Counted from the first letter of the stretch, positions 25,362 through 34,335 are shown. The stretch is 61,394 bases of DNA from a virus (IMGVR_UViG_3300036823_000136:1-61394); one strand, 5' to 3'. The notes: generated from the letters alone by a model not told the origin. Translations and numbers: made by a program.

Positions 25362-25967
25362 TCACAGACCTCCGCAAAATGCGTACGCCGCTTCAAGCTC
25401 GCGGTACATTTCCCAATCAGCGCGGGTTGCGCCCTTCCGTAGGTTGCACGGCGAACAGCTGGCTACGACGTTCGCCCGCACGTGGCCAGGGCTGTACGGG
25501 TGCGACAGCGGTACCAGGTGGTCGATGTGCCAGCCGTGCCGATTCAGCCGGGCTCCGCAGTGCTGGCACCTACCCTTGTCGCGCCTGATGATCTCCTGTT
25601 TGGTGATCGTGTCGTCCACCGCGATCTCGGACCGGCGAGCTTGAGCACGAGCTAGCCGTTTTGGATCGGTGTAGGACCGGGCTCGATCCATCGAACGAGC
25701 GCGCTCCAAGTCGGCAGCACGGCGACGGCGGTTTTCGGCAGCAAAGTACCCCGGATGGCTCGCTGACCACTTAGCGGAACGACAAGCCGTAACGCCCGGG
25801 TTTCGCTCGCGCCATCGCCGCATGGATTCGCGAGCACTCACGCGCGCGCCCTCGGGATCGGAGGCGCGACGACCTCGCGCCCTGTGTACGGGGCAGCAGA
25901 AACGGGCGTCCGATCGGCGACCTTCCAAGCTCACTTCACAACCCGTTAGCTGGCACGTTCGCGTCAT
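25362..25967 (-). CDS. Free-standing HNH homing endonuclease
   Basis: C..GC..FC zinc segment; RD..RCQHC..HIDH..P..N..SC..CN..K; atypical codon usage; own leaderless promoter (TACGCT-7nt-ATG). Confidence 0.85.
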   Translation of the reverse strand: MTRTCQLTGCEVSLEGRRSDARFCCPVHRARGRRASDPEGARVSARESMRRWRERNPGVTACRSAKWSASHPGYFAAENRRRRAADLERARSMDRARSYTDPKRLARAQARRSEIAVDDTITKQEIIRRDKGRCQHCGARLNRHGWHIDHLVPLSHPYSPGHVRANVVASCSPCNLRKGATRADWEMYRELEAAYAFCGGL

Positions 25968-25994
25968 GATCGCCAGCGTACCCGTACACACTTG

Positions 25995-27131
25995 TCAGGC
26001 AACAATCGTGAACTGGTACTGGTTGGTGGCGTAGCCGGTCGGCAGGTAGACGGTCAGGTTGTTCGCGTCGGTCACCGTCGGCGGCTTGTTGTCGGCCCAC
26101 ACCGTGTTGCCCGGGTCGCTACCGGCGGAGCCGTAGCGGAGCCCGAAGATCGGACAGACGTTGCTCAGGCCGTGGTTGATGGTCACCGGGACGAACCCAC
26201 CGCTGGCCGACCCGACGGTGAAGATGCCGCTCGTTGCGGTCGGGATGGCGCCGGTGATCTTGCGCCCGACCACGCTCGTGTCGATAACCACCGAGCTGCC
26301 AGGGGTGGCCGCCACCAGGATGCCCAGGCCGGCGTTGACGTTGACCTGGTTGCCGGACGCGGTGGTGCCGAAGCCGTTCGCCAGCACGAAGGCCGGGAAC
26401 GGGTTCGTCCAGGTCTGCGCGTCGGTGTCGACGATGATCGCACCGTTCGTCCCGGTGCCGGTCGCGGTCTGCATGTAGAGCACGCGGTTCGTGGCGTTGA
26501 AGGCCTCGACGATGGTGCCCGCGATCACGGCTCCCGTGTTGCCGGTCGGCGCGTCGGCCGGCCGGGTCATGGCGCTCGACGCGGTGTTCCACACCCACAG
26601 GCCGTTCTGGCTGGCGGTGGTCTGGGCGGTGAGGAGGACGCGGTCGCCGGCGACCATCGTCCGGCCGTTGATCGTGGCACCCGGCGCAGTGATGGTGATG
26701 TTCGTCAGAGCCGCGATCGAGGCGTGCTCCTTGAAGTCCATGCCGACCTGGATGTTCGCCAGGGCCGTCTGGAACTGGGCGTACTCGACGGCCTGGCCGC
26801 CGACGGTGGCCGCCGCGAGGTTCGCGAACTGCTGCGAGTTCATGTCGACGGCGCCGTTCGGGGCGACCATCGAGGCCCAGCGGATCGCCTGCACGGCGGC
26901 CGTGAAGTCGCTGATGGTGCTCGCGGTCTGGGTGCCGTTCATGGTGCCGCGATTGCGCAGGTCGATGGTGACGCCGTTGATCTGGACCTTCACGGTGTTG
27001 GCCGTGCTGTCGTACCAGATCCGGCCGTCGTTCGGCGTGGTGCCGGGGTTGCCGGCGATCGTCTCCAGGAGCTGGCCCAGGATGTGGTACCGGCCGGCCA
27101 GGTCGATGTCAGTCTCGAACTTCTGGGACAT
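25995..27131 (-). CDS. Tail fiber / minor tail protein
   Basis: Thr/Gly/Ala-rich; GDRVLL..QT.ASQNG.W motif; TINHGL C-terminus. Confidence 0.75.
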   Translation of the reverse strand: MSQKFETDIDLAGRYHILGQLLETIAGNPGTTPNDGRIWYDSTANTVKVQINGVTIDLRNRGTMNGTQTASTISDFTAAVQAIRWASMVAPNGAVDMNSQQFANLAAATVGGQAVEYAQFQTALANIQVGMDFKEHASIAALTNITITAPGATINGRTMVAGDRVLLTAQTTASQNGLWVWNTASSAMTRPADAPTGNTGAVIAGTIVEAFNATNRVLYMQTATGTGTNGAIIVDTDAQTWTNPFPAFVLANGFGTTASGNQVNVNAGLGILVAATPGSSVVIDTSVVGRKITGAIPTATSGIFTVGSASGGFVPVTINHGLSNVCPIFGLRYGSAGSDPGNTVWADNKPPTVTDANNLTVYLPTGYATNQYQFTIVA

Positions 27132-27141
27132 GATCAGCTCC

Positions 27142-27717
27142 TTACGAGCAGTACGCGCGACCGCTCACCGGGGCGCCGAATTGCAGGACGGTCGAATTCA
27201 GATCCGGGTCGAGCCGGTAGCGCCACCACAGCCCGTCGGCCGGGTCCTCGCGCGCGCCCACGCCTTCGAGGCACTGGATGACCGGCGGGTAGCCGAGGCC
27301 GTGCGGGATAACCCACTCCGCGCTGGCGAAAGACTGCTCGAACTGGAAGACGCCGGACGGGACGGTGGGTCCGGTGCCGGAGTCGCCCGGCGGGATGTGC
27401 ACGAGCAGGTCGCGAAGCTCGTAGTCGCCGCCGTCCGGCATCCGGATGGCCCACTTCTGGCCGCCGGGCGCGCACGTCTCGTCCACCACGTAGTAGGTGT
27501 CGGCCTGCTCGAACTCGGTGTTCGCGAGGAGGCTAGCGACCCACGCGCCGCTGGTGCCCGTATCGACGGCGACCGCCTGGAGCACCTCGCCCAGCCCGTT
27601 GAGAAGAAACGGGTTTCGCGGGGCAATCAGCGAGATCTTCACCGTGACGTTCTGGAGGGCGCGGCCGGCCCCGTCCGTCAGCTCGTTCCTGACCGTTCCG
27701 ATCACCGGGTCCGGCAT
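27142..27717 (-). CDS. Virion structural / tail fiber-associated protein
   Basis: DGAG.AL.NV.V..G.W...L.AN and FEQ..AS.EW.I.H.LG..P..F..P.SG.AY motifs. Confidence 0.7.
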   Translation of the reverse strand: MPDPVIGTVRNELTDGAGRALQNVTVKISLIAPRNPFLLNGLGEVLQAVAVDTGTSGAWVASLLANTEFEQADTYYVVDETCAPGGQKWAIRMPDGGDYELRDLLVHIPPGDSGTGPTVPSGVFQFEQSFASAEWVIPHGLGYPPVIQCLEGVGAREDPADGLWWRYRLDPDLNSTVLQFGAPVSGRAYCS

Positions 27718-28111
27718 CGTCCACCTCCTCGACTTCGAGGATCACTGTAGGGCTGGTGCGTCCTTGCGGGTCGGCTGATCGCGGAACGACCTCGGTCGCG
27801 GTCCGCTTGACGTACCGGTGGTTGTCGTCCGGCCAGATGCCCGCAGCGGTGAGCCCGTCGAGCACGGGCTTCAGGGTGTCGGAGGGGTTGTCCGAGTCGG
27901 CCCGGCGGTCGCTACCCGGGTACCAGAGCAGCGTCACGTTCACGCGGCCGACGGGGAAGAAATCCTCAGTCTGCTGCCAGTACTTCCCGAGGTAGAAGAG
28001 GTCCTGGGCGACCTCGCGGTACTCCTTGTGCGCCGACGCCCAGTGCTTACGCCGGTTCGCGGACAGCGGCGGGCGCTGATACGGAAGCTCGAACACCCAC
28101 CGCCGTCCCAC
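27533..28111 (-). CDS. rusA: RusA-like Holliday junction resolvase
   Basis: S.N..HW and RRAD.DN..LKP.LDGL..AG..PDD. Confidence 0.85.
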   Translation of the reverse strand: MGRRWVFELPYQRPPLSANRRKHWASAHKEYREVAQDLFYLGKYWQQTEDFFPVGRVNVTLLWYPGSDRRADSDNPSDTLKPVLDGLTAAGIWPDDNHRYVKRTATEVVPRSADPQGRTSPTVILEVEEVDDAGPGDRNGQERADGRGRPRPPERHGEDLADCPAKPVSSQRAGRGAPGGRRRYGHQRRVGR

Positions 28112-28112
28112 G

Positions 28113-28481
28113 TCACACCGTCACAGCGGGCTTGGCTACCACGCCGCCGGAGCTGTTCACCGGCGCCGTGACCTGGGTCCGCACGAGCAGGCTCAGCACC
28201 GCCTGGACCATGAGCATGATCTCGACCTGCTGTTCCGGGGCGAGCTTCAGTCCGAACGCCAGGCTCAGCGCGATGCCGGCCTTGAACAGGCCGGTGATTG
28301 CCGGGACCGCAGTGCCGTCGCGCACCACCACCGCCTGGATCACGCCGACGATCGCCACGGCGAACGCGGAGATCACGCCCTGGGTGTCGACGCTGATCGG
28401 GAAGAAGAACGCGCTCACGAACTGGACGACGGCCGCAACGAGCGCGAGCCACAGCACAGGGTCTCTGCCGAAGATCTTCAA
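28113..28481 (-). CDS. Holin
   Basis: IFGRDPVLW..VRTQVT.P, multiple TM helices, directly after the endolysin. Confidence 0.8.
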   Translation of the reverse strand: MKIFGRDPVLWLALVAAVVQFVSAFFFPISVDTQGVISAFAVAIVGVIQAVVVRDGTAVPAITGLFKAGIALSLAFGLKLAPEQQVEIMLMVQAVLSLLVRTQVTAPVNSSGGVVAKPAVTV

Positions 28482-28494
28482 CTTCTTAGCCTTC

Positions 28495-29388
28495 CTACTT
28501 CGTCGTGTAGACCAAGTTCGAGGCCGTCGGCCCCGCACAGACGTAATCCCAGCTGATCGACTCGCAACCGTCGGGAACCTGCCACCAGGCGCGCGTGTTC
28601 GCGGCCAGCGTGTCGAGATGGATCGGCGCGTGGACGCCGTTGAGGTAGACGTTAAGGTCGGCGATGTCGTTGTAACCGCTCGACAGCGAGAACCACACCT
28701 CGTCGACGACCTGGCTCTTCTTGGCCGTCTCGATGGTGCGGTGCCGGTACTGCCGCGCCGCGCCGCCGGGCGCGTAGCTCTCCGGTGCCATTCCGGGCAT
28801 GTCGTTACCTCCGATGATCGGCGCGGCGTGCACCGCGAGCGGCGCCTCCCCGCTGTTCAGGTCCACGCCGGAGGCCGTGATGCCTGCGACGGTGCCCGTG
28901 GAGCTGTGCTGCCACGTGCGGTAGGGGTTCTTCGGCTGGGCGCCGTAGCGGGCGATCCAGGGCCACGTGTCCGGCACCGCGGCGCGCACGGCCGCGAGGA
29001 TGTAGCCCATCATCGAGTCGTTCGCGTAGAAGACGGGCACCTGTCCGTTCGCCACGGCCTCGGTGAGCCATTCGATCGCGAAGGCCGTGGCCGCCGCGCC
29101 CGGCACGAACGGGCTTTCCAGGTCCAACGCCGGCGAGAGGTCGATGGCGCCGCGCCCGGCCGCCGTACGGAGCAGGAGCTGGTACTGGTCCCGCGCGGAG
29201 CCAGGCTGGGCGTAGCCGTAGCCGCCGATGGAGAGCCCAGCCGCGTGCGCCCGCGTCGGCCAATCCAGGGTGTCGCGCAGGGCGAGCCCGTCGGTCATCT
29301 TGAAGTAGGCGAAGGAGTAGCCGGCGCGCACGACGGCGCCGAAGTCGTTGATCGTCTGGTACTTCGGGTACGCGTCAAATCCTTGCAA
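28495..29388 (-). CDS. Endolysin, GH25 muramidase
   Basis: GFD..YQ, YFK.T.G, ALDLE and WQ.SS.G.V.GI...VDLN; TTG start after GGAGGG. Confidence 0.88.
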   Translation of the reverse strand: MQGFDAYPKYQTINDFGAVVRAGYSFAYFKMTDGLALRDTLDWPTRAHAAGLSIGGYGYAQPGSARDQYQLLLRTAAGRGAIDLSPALDLESPFVPGAAATAFAIEWLTEAVANGQVPVFYANDSMMGYILAAVRAAVPDTWPWIARYGAQPKNPYRTWQHSSTGTVAGITASGVDLNSGEAPLAVHAAPIIGGNDMPGMAPESYAPGGAARQYRHRTIETAKKSQVVDEVWFSLSSGYNDIADLNVYLNGVHAPIHLDTLAANTRAWWQVPDGCESISWDYVCAGPTASNLVYTTK

Positions 29389-29920
29389 TTTCCAGCCCTC
29401 CTTCCACGTAGCTCGCCGCACGACGCATCAGCTCCGGGTCATCCTGGAACATCCCCAGCGCCGTATTGCAAGATCGGCACAGAAGTCCTCGCCGACGAAG
29501 GTCGTCATGGTCATGATCAGCGTGCAATCCCTCACCCGACGGCGGTCGCCCGCACAACGCGCATCGGTTGCCCTGCTCGATCAGTGCCAGGTCGTATTCC
29601 AGCTGGCTCCAGCCCGTCACTTTGGCTCGATCGCTAGTACGCATCCGTTCGCGGCAGGTGGCCGCAACGCCGCGCGCGTCTTTCGACTTCATGGAGTACA
29701 CCTTCACGAAGTAGCCACACCGGACGCACCAACGGCGCCCGTCGGGCCTCGTTTCCGCCAAGCCGTGATGGCCTTTTCGATGGATCTTGAACTTCGGCGG
29801 AAGGGTCCCGTAGCTCCATGCTTTCTGATGGTGCGGCTTGCACAGTGCTCGCGAGTACACCACTCGATCACAGCCGGATTCATCTGCGCACAGCTCGGTA
29901 TCGTCGAAACCCTGGGCCAC
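29375..29920 (-). CDS. Endonuclease VII-family homing endonuclease
   Basis: Q..RCALC..L.ADHDH...RGLLC..CN..LG...D....R.A..Y. Confidence 0.88.
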   Translation of the reverse strand: MAQGFDDTELCADESGCDRVVYSRALCKPHHQKAWSYGTLPPKFKIHRKGHHGLAETRPDGRRWCVRCGYFVKVYSMKSKDARGVAATCRERMRTSDRAKVTGWSQLEYDLALIEQGNRCALCGRPPSGEGLHADHDHDDLRRRGLLCRSCNTALGMFQDDPELMRRAASYVEGGLEIARI

Positions 29921-29921
29921 G

Positions 29922-30716
29922 TCAGCTCACCACCGGAACCGAGCAGTCACCGTGTTGGGCCAGGAGCGCCTGCATGTCGGCGAAGGAGATCCGGCAGCGG
30001 CCCGACAGCGCCCACGACGGGCCCCACGAGTTCGTCAGCTCGACTTCCTGGTTCTCGAAGTCGATGCCGGTTCCGTCGATCTGGTGGCCGCCGGCGAGTC
30101 CCGAGGACTGGTCGACGTGGATACGGCCGTACTTGTCGGGGGTGAACATCGAGTTGTACCAGGGCACGCCGAACGAAACCGGGTCGACCTGGAGCAGCTT
30201 TTTCACCGTGGCGAAGGAGAACGCGTGCTTGTAGCCGGAGATCAAGCCCATCTTGCGGAGCAGCTTCATCGACCACAGGCCGGTGCTGCCCGTGTCGTCC
30301 GGCGGGTAGACGCCGGGGATCTGGGAGTTGTCGAGCGCGGTCTCCTGCTCGTAGAACTTGATCGCGTCGGCCGGGCCGTACTTGAAGCTGGTCCGGTAGA
30401 ACGGCTCCGTCATCATCAGGCCCAAGCCTGCGAACGCCGTGCACGCGCCCAGCTGACCCTGATCCCAGACCGGCGCAACCCGCTTGTGGAAGGTCGTCAC
30501 CTCCTTGGTGACGTGCTCGACGAGGTCGGCGGCGTTGTAGTTCAGCGAGCGTGTGTCGTGCAGGACGTGCCGCCCGAGGCCGGGCTTCTGCTCCAGCAGG
30601 TGGAAGTACTGGCCGCGGACGTGCGGTACGCCCAGGTCGGCATCTCCGTCGGCCGGCCGGACCTGGTCGGCGTAGTCGGCCACGCCGTCGCCGTCCGTGT
30701 CAGTGTGCTTTGCCAT
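29922..30716 (-). CDS. Papain-like (C1) cysteine peptidase
   Basis: DQGQLGAC, GGH and NSWG..W..G motifs. Confidence 0.88.
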   Translation of the reverse strand: MAKHTDTDGDGVADYADQVRPADGDADLGVPHVRGQYFHLLEQKPGLGRHVLHDTRSLNYNAADLVEHVTKEVTTFHKRVAPVWDQGQLGACTAFAGLGLMMTEPFYRTSFKYGPADAIKFYEQETALDNSQIPGVYPPDDTGSTGLWSMKLLRKMGLISGYKHAFSFATVKKLLQVDPVSFGVPWYNSMFTPDKYGRIHVDQSSGLAGGHQIDGTGIDFENQEVELTNSWGPSWALSGRCRISFADMQALLAQHGDCSVPVVS

Positions 30717-30751
30717 GGTGGTTACCTCCGAGGGAAAGCGTACGTGCTCTC

Positions 30752-30768
30752 CCCCTCGTTCTGGGGGG
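30752..30768 (-). promoter_or_regulatory. Operator 11 (degenerate, within a hairpin) upstream of the lysis cassette
   Basis: CCCCTCGTTCTGGGGGG; TACGCT -10 box further downstream on - strand. Confidence 0.55.
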
Positions 30769-30780
30769 AGGGCACGGTGG

Positions 30781-32064
30781 TCAGCGCGGGGTTTCGGGAC
30801 GGTCCCAGTACTCGCCGTTCGGACGCCACGGCAGCATGCCCGGATGACCGCGCACGAGTCCCGTCGGCCAGTCCCGCTCTTCACGCTGGCCGCGCCAGGA
30901 GACGAACTCCGCGGCGGCCTGGTCGTGCTCACCACGGCGCAGGCCGAACCCGAACTCCGGCCACCCGAGGTACAGCGACGAGCCGCGTGGGCGCATGACC
31001 CGACGGCCGGAGCCGTCCTTGCCGTTGCCCGCGTGCGCCTCGGTGATGATCGCGCACCCGTGGCGGGCCCGGATGTTGTCGAGCACCTGGACGATCGCCC
31101 GCGCGGCCTGTGAGCTGTTCTCGTCCTCGTGATGCAGCTTGTAGAGCGGCCCGACGGCGAGGATGTCCGGCGACGTTTTGGCCACGAAGCGCTCCAGGCG
31201 CGCCACGTCGCCACCCTTGAGCAGGTCGATGCCCTCGGTGGCGAAATCCATGTAGAGCTGCTTCTCCCAGCTCAGCGACGGCAATCCGATGGCGCCGCGG
31301 CACGAGTCGACGAGCTGGATCATCCGGCGGTACCGGCGCTTGGATTGGCTCTTCGTGTTCTCGCAGTCGATCACCGTCACGCGGAGCGCGCTCTCGCCGT
31401 CGTAGATCGGCTCACCGCGGAACGGATGCAAGCCTGCCGCGAGGCAGCACAGGATCTGGGCCACCAGCTCCGTCTTCCCGAAGCCCTCTTCGCCGGTGAT
31501 GACCATCCGGTCCATGCGCTCGATGAGCCCTGGTACCAGCCAGTCGTATTCGATCTTCTCCGAGAGCAGGTCGGCCAGCGTGAACGGCTCATCTTGATCG
31601 GCGGGGACGGACAGCTCCTCGATCTCGTCGACCGCGAGCCGGAGCTGTGCCGCCGCGGCCGTGACCGGCAGCGAGTCGCCGTTCTCCCACTCGGCATCGA
31701 GCCGCTGCATCAGGCGGTCGCACTCCTCCGCGAGCCGACGGCGGCCGTACAGCTCGCACACCCGGGAGGCGTAGCTGGCAGCGTTCCCGGGGTAGCTGTC
31801 GTGCTGGAGGATCGTGACCAGGTCGCCCGCGGGGATGCGAGAGACGAGGCCCTGATCAAGGATGATCGCGAGGACGGTGTTCACGTCCACCTCATCACCA
31901 CGGATGATCATGTCGCGGATGATGGCGGCCAACACCTGGTGCTGGATGCCGTAGAAGGCCTCTGGTGGGACGGCCAGGAAGTGCGGCTGGGTGACCTCGG
32001 GATTCCGGAACAGCGCGCTGAGCAAGGCCCGCTCGTTCATCACGTCGTGCGCATTTCGTGCCAC
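30781..32064 (-). CDS. DnaB-like / AAA replicative helicase
   Basis: DnaB-N-like ERALL..FY..HQ; Walker A GEEGFGKT; IDCEN; RPRGSS..WPEFG. Confidence 0.85.
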   Translation of the reverse strand: MARNAHDVMNERALLSALFRNPEVTQPHFLAVPPEAFYGIQHQVLAAIIRDMIIRGDEVDVNTVLAIILDQGLVSRIPAGDLVTILQHDSYPGNAASYASRVCELYGRRRLAEECDRLMQRLDAEWENGDSLPVTAAAAQLRLAVDEIEELSVPADQDEPFTLADLLSEKIEYDWLVPGLIERMDRMVITGEEGFGKTELVAQILCCLAAGLHPFRGEPIYDGESALRVTVIDCENTKSQSKRRYRRMIQLVDSCRGAIGLPSLSWEKQLYMDFATEGIDLLKGGDVARLERFVAKTSPDILAVGPLYKLHHEDENSSQAARAIVQVLDNIRARHGCAIITEAHAGNGKDGSGRRVMRPRGSSLYLGWPEFGFGLRRGEHDQAAAEFVSWRGQREERDWPTGLVRGHPGMLPWRPNGEYWDRPETPR

Positions 32065-32065
32065 G

Positions 32066-32995
32066 TCAGACTCCCTCGACTTCGGTGCCGTTACGGAACG
32101 GATGGCCCATCAGCACGCACACCAGGCCACGCCGGTAGTACTTGATCCACTGCTTGCGGTCGGCCAGCTGGAACTCCGCCGGGTCCATGCCCGGCGGCGC
32201 GCTCTTCGGGTGCGGCGCTTCGTACTTGCGACCGGTGCGCGCGGCCACCTCTTCGGCGGCGGCGGCGTGATACCGATCCAGGAGCCACGCCTCTGCCTCG
32301 TCGGCCGTCATCGCCGGAGCACCGTCGAACCCGGCCGTCCGGCACTCCGCGGACTCCCACACGTCTCCCTTGAGCCAGCGCTCGAAGTCCTTCCGGAACT
32401 TCGCATCCGGATGAGCAGCGAGGTACGGCGGGATGGCGGCGAGGATCGTCTCGACGGTGGTGCGTTGGATCGCGCGAGCCCACTCGGCCCAGGCCGTCCT
32501 CTTGGCGCCCTTCAGCCCGTAGGCCTTCCAAGCCGCTTCGAAGTCGTCGGAATAGTCGACGACCGTCCGAGTCTTCTTCGGCTTGGACGCGACAGCGTCG
32601 TGATCTTTAGGTTCTTCTTTGGGTTCTAAGACACGGTTATGGGTCTCAATTTGAGACCCCTTCACCTCAATTTGAGACCCCTGGAGGTCTCGATTTGAGA
32701 CCCCCCCGACGGCTGGGGTCTCAATCTGAGACCCCTCGATGGCGTCCACATCGAGGTAGAAGATCGTCGACCGGTTACGTCGGAACTCGCGCTTCAGAAG
32801 CCCCTCGTCCTCCAGCTCCTTCAGCACGCGCTGGACGGAGCTTTCACCGGCGCCGGACTTCCGGGCCAGGGTGGAGATCAGGAGGAAGCACGAGCCCTCG
32901 TCGTTGGCACTATCGGCGAGCGCGAGCAGCACGAGGCGCTTCGTCGCGGGGCCGATGCTGGACCGCCAAACGGTGGTCATCAAGGAGATGCTCAC
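32066..32995 (-). CDS. Replication initiator (HTH, lambda O-like)
   Basis: KRLVLLALAD.AND.G.C..LA..SG...VQR.L..L...G; F...W..Y..K..K..A..W C-terminal domain; internal iterons. Confidence 0.85.
   Translation of the reverse strand: MSISLMTTVWRSSIGPATKRLVLLALADSANDEGSCFLLISTLARKSGAGESSVQRVLKELEDEGLLKREFRRNRSTIFYLDVDAIEGSQIETPAVGGVSNRDLQGSQIEVKGSQIETHNRVLEPKEEPKDHDAVASKPKKTRTVVDYSDDFEAAWKAYGLKGAKRTAWAEWARAIQRTTVETILAAIPPYLAAHPDAKFRKDFERWLKGDVWESAECRTAGFDGAPAMTADEAEAWLLDRYHAAAAEEVAARTGRKYEAPHPKSAPPGMDPAEFQLADRKQWIKYYRRGLVCVLMGHPFRNGTEVEGV
32601..32735. repeat. Replication origin: four palindromic iterons plus AT-rich segment
   Basis: GGTCTCAATTTGAGACCCC-like units near 32641, 32663, 32685 and 32716; T-rich tract at 32601-32640. 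Confidence 0.8.
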
Positions 32996-33050
32996 GCCGA
33001 CTCGCCACCCTGAGGTGCGAAAATGTCGGCGGGGATGGTTACAATCAAGG

Positions 33051-33153
33051 CACGTGCCCTTCGCTTAGCTAATTGTCGGTGGTACGGGTCCTTGGCCGGA
33101 CGAAGTTCGAAGCGTGAAAGAGCCGGGTCCTTGTCGGAGGGACCCGGCTCTTC
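33051..33153 (+). ncRNA. Candidate counter-transcribed antisense RNA upstream of the initiator
   Basis: TACAAT at 33040-33045; repeated TTGTCGG/TTGGCCGG motifs; terminator hairpin at 33118-33152. Confidence 0.55.
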
Positions 33154-33292
33154 GCGTTGCTAGGGGGGTAACGTCTTCACGGCTTGGCCTTCCGTACGAG
33201 TCGGAGGGCCAAGCCCTCCACGGGGGTCATCCGAGCATAGGCCGGGAACGGTCGTTCTCCGCCGGACTCCACGGCGCGTCGGCGATCACCCA

Positions 33293-33853
33293 TCAGAACA
33301 GGCTCTGCACCGGCTGCACGCCGCCGTCGGGCTTCCTCTCCTCGCCGGCCAAGTCCCGCGCCGCGCTCGCTCCGGCCGCGGTCAGCGTCCACAGCTGCCA
33401 GTCCGATCCCTTGTGCCGCCGGGTGTTCCCGAGACCGTCGGCGGTGAGCACCGGCGCCACGAGCCCACCGTCCACCAGCTCACCGCGGCGCGGTCGCTCC
33501 GAGTTCTGGTCGATCTCCAGCCGCTCCTGGATCTCGAAGTCAGTCAGGTCGCCCCAGCGGTAGAGCGCGAGCAGCACGGCGGCGCGCTGGGTTCCGCTCC
33601 GCGGCCGGATCGCGGCGGCCGTGGCCCGGCTCGTCGGCAGCGCATCGGCGCGTACCTTGCCCTCGCGGTTGCCCGCGGCGGTGGTGCGGATCTGGTCCTG
33701 GCCGTCGGCGAGCCGCTGGATGATGCAATCGACCTCCAGGCGGAGACCAGCAGCCACTTGGCGGAGGTCGCCCGGCGTGCGGACCTGATCGAGGTCTCGC
33801 GCGAGGTCGCGCGCCCGTTCGGCGCACTTCATCGCCTCATCGAAGTGGGTCAC
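33293..33853 (-). CDS. Winged-helix DNA-binding protein
   Basis: TS..A....R..VL..L....LTD.E..L...NS.RPRR.ELV..G.V. Confidence 0.7.
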   Translation of the reverse strand: MTHFDEAMKCAERARDLARDLDQVRTPGDLRQVAAGLRLEVDCIIQRLADGQDQIRTTAAGNREGKVRADALPTSRATAAAIRPRSGTQRAAVLLALYRWGDLTDFEIQERLEIDQNSERPRRGELVDGGLVAPVLTADGLGNTRRHKGSDWQLWTLTAAGASAARDLAGEERKPDGGVQPVQSLF

Positions 33854-34044
33854 GATGTCAGCTCGATTCGGATCTTGACGCGGTTGCCGTCCGGCGTGAT
33901 CGCGTCGAAGTCCGACCAGTCCGGAGCGTTGAACAGGCTGCCGGACTGGATCGCCGGCTCCGCGCCGGACTTGAGCTGGTTCCACACCCAGGTCGCGGCG
34001 TCTTCCTGGAGTTCGGCCTTCGTGGCGTGGGAGTTTTCGGCCAT
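33850..34044 (-). CDS. Hypothetical protein
   Basis: SD AAGGAG; coupled. Confidence 0.65.
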   Translation of the reverse strand: MAENSHATKAELQEDAATWVWNQLKSGAEPAIQSGSLFNAPDWSDFDAITPDGNRVKIRIELTS

Positions 34045-34047
34045 GAT

Positions 34048-34335
34048 CTATTTCTCCTTGGGGTCGTGACGGATGATCCTGACGTGCTCGCGGGGGCTGA
34101 GCCCCCATTCCTCGGCCAGCGCGAAGCCGTGCTGGGTGACGTTCTCGCCGACGACGTATCCGGCAGCGACCAGTTCGAAGTACGCGAGCAGGAGCGGCAC
34201 CTCGAACAGCTCGTCCGCGGGCGGCGCGTACTTCCGTATGGGGTGCCCGGCCCAGGCGTAGATCCGGCCGTTGACGATCTCCTTCAGCATGGCCAAGCGC
34301 TGCTTGGTCTGCTCGAACGGCGGCGCCTCGGTCAC
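34048..34335 (-). CDS. Hypothetical protein
   Basis: Coupled ORF; resembles the next gene (ELVAAG..T.HGF..A..WGL). Confidence 0.6.
   Translation of the reverse strand: MTEAPPFEQTKQRLAMLKEIVNGRIYAWAGHPIRKYAPPADELFEVPLLLAYFELVAAGYVVGENVTQHGFALAEEWGLSPREHVRIIRHDPKEK

Noticed and set aside
33152-33174. A twentieth operator (TAGGGGGGTAACGT)
   Set aside because: Only the G6 half-site is present; the C6 half is missing
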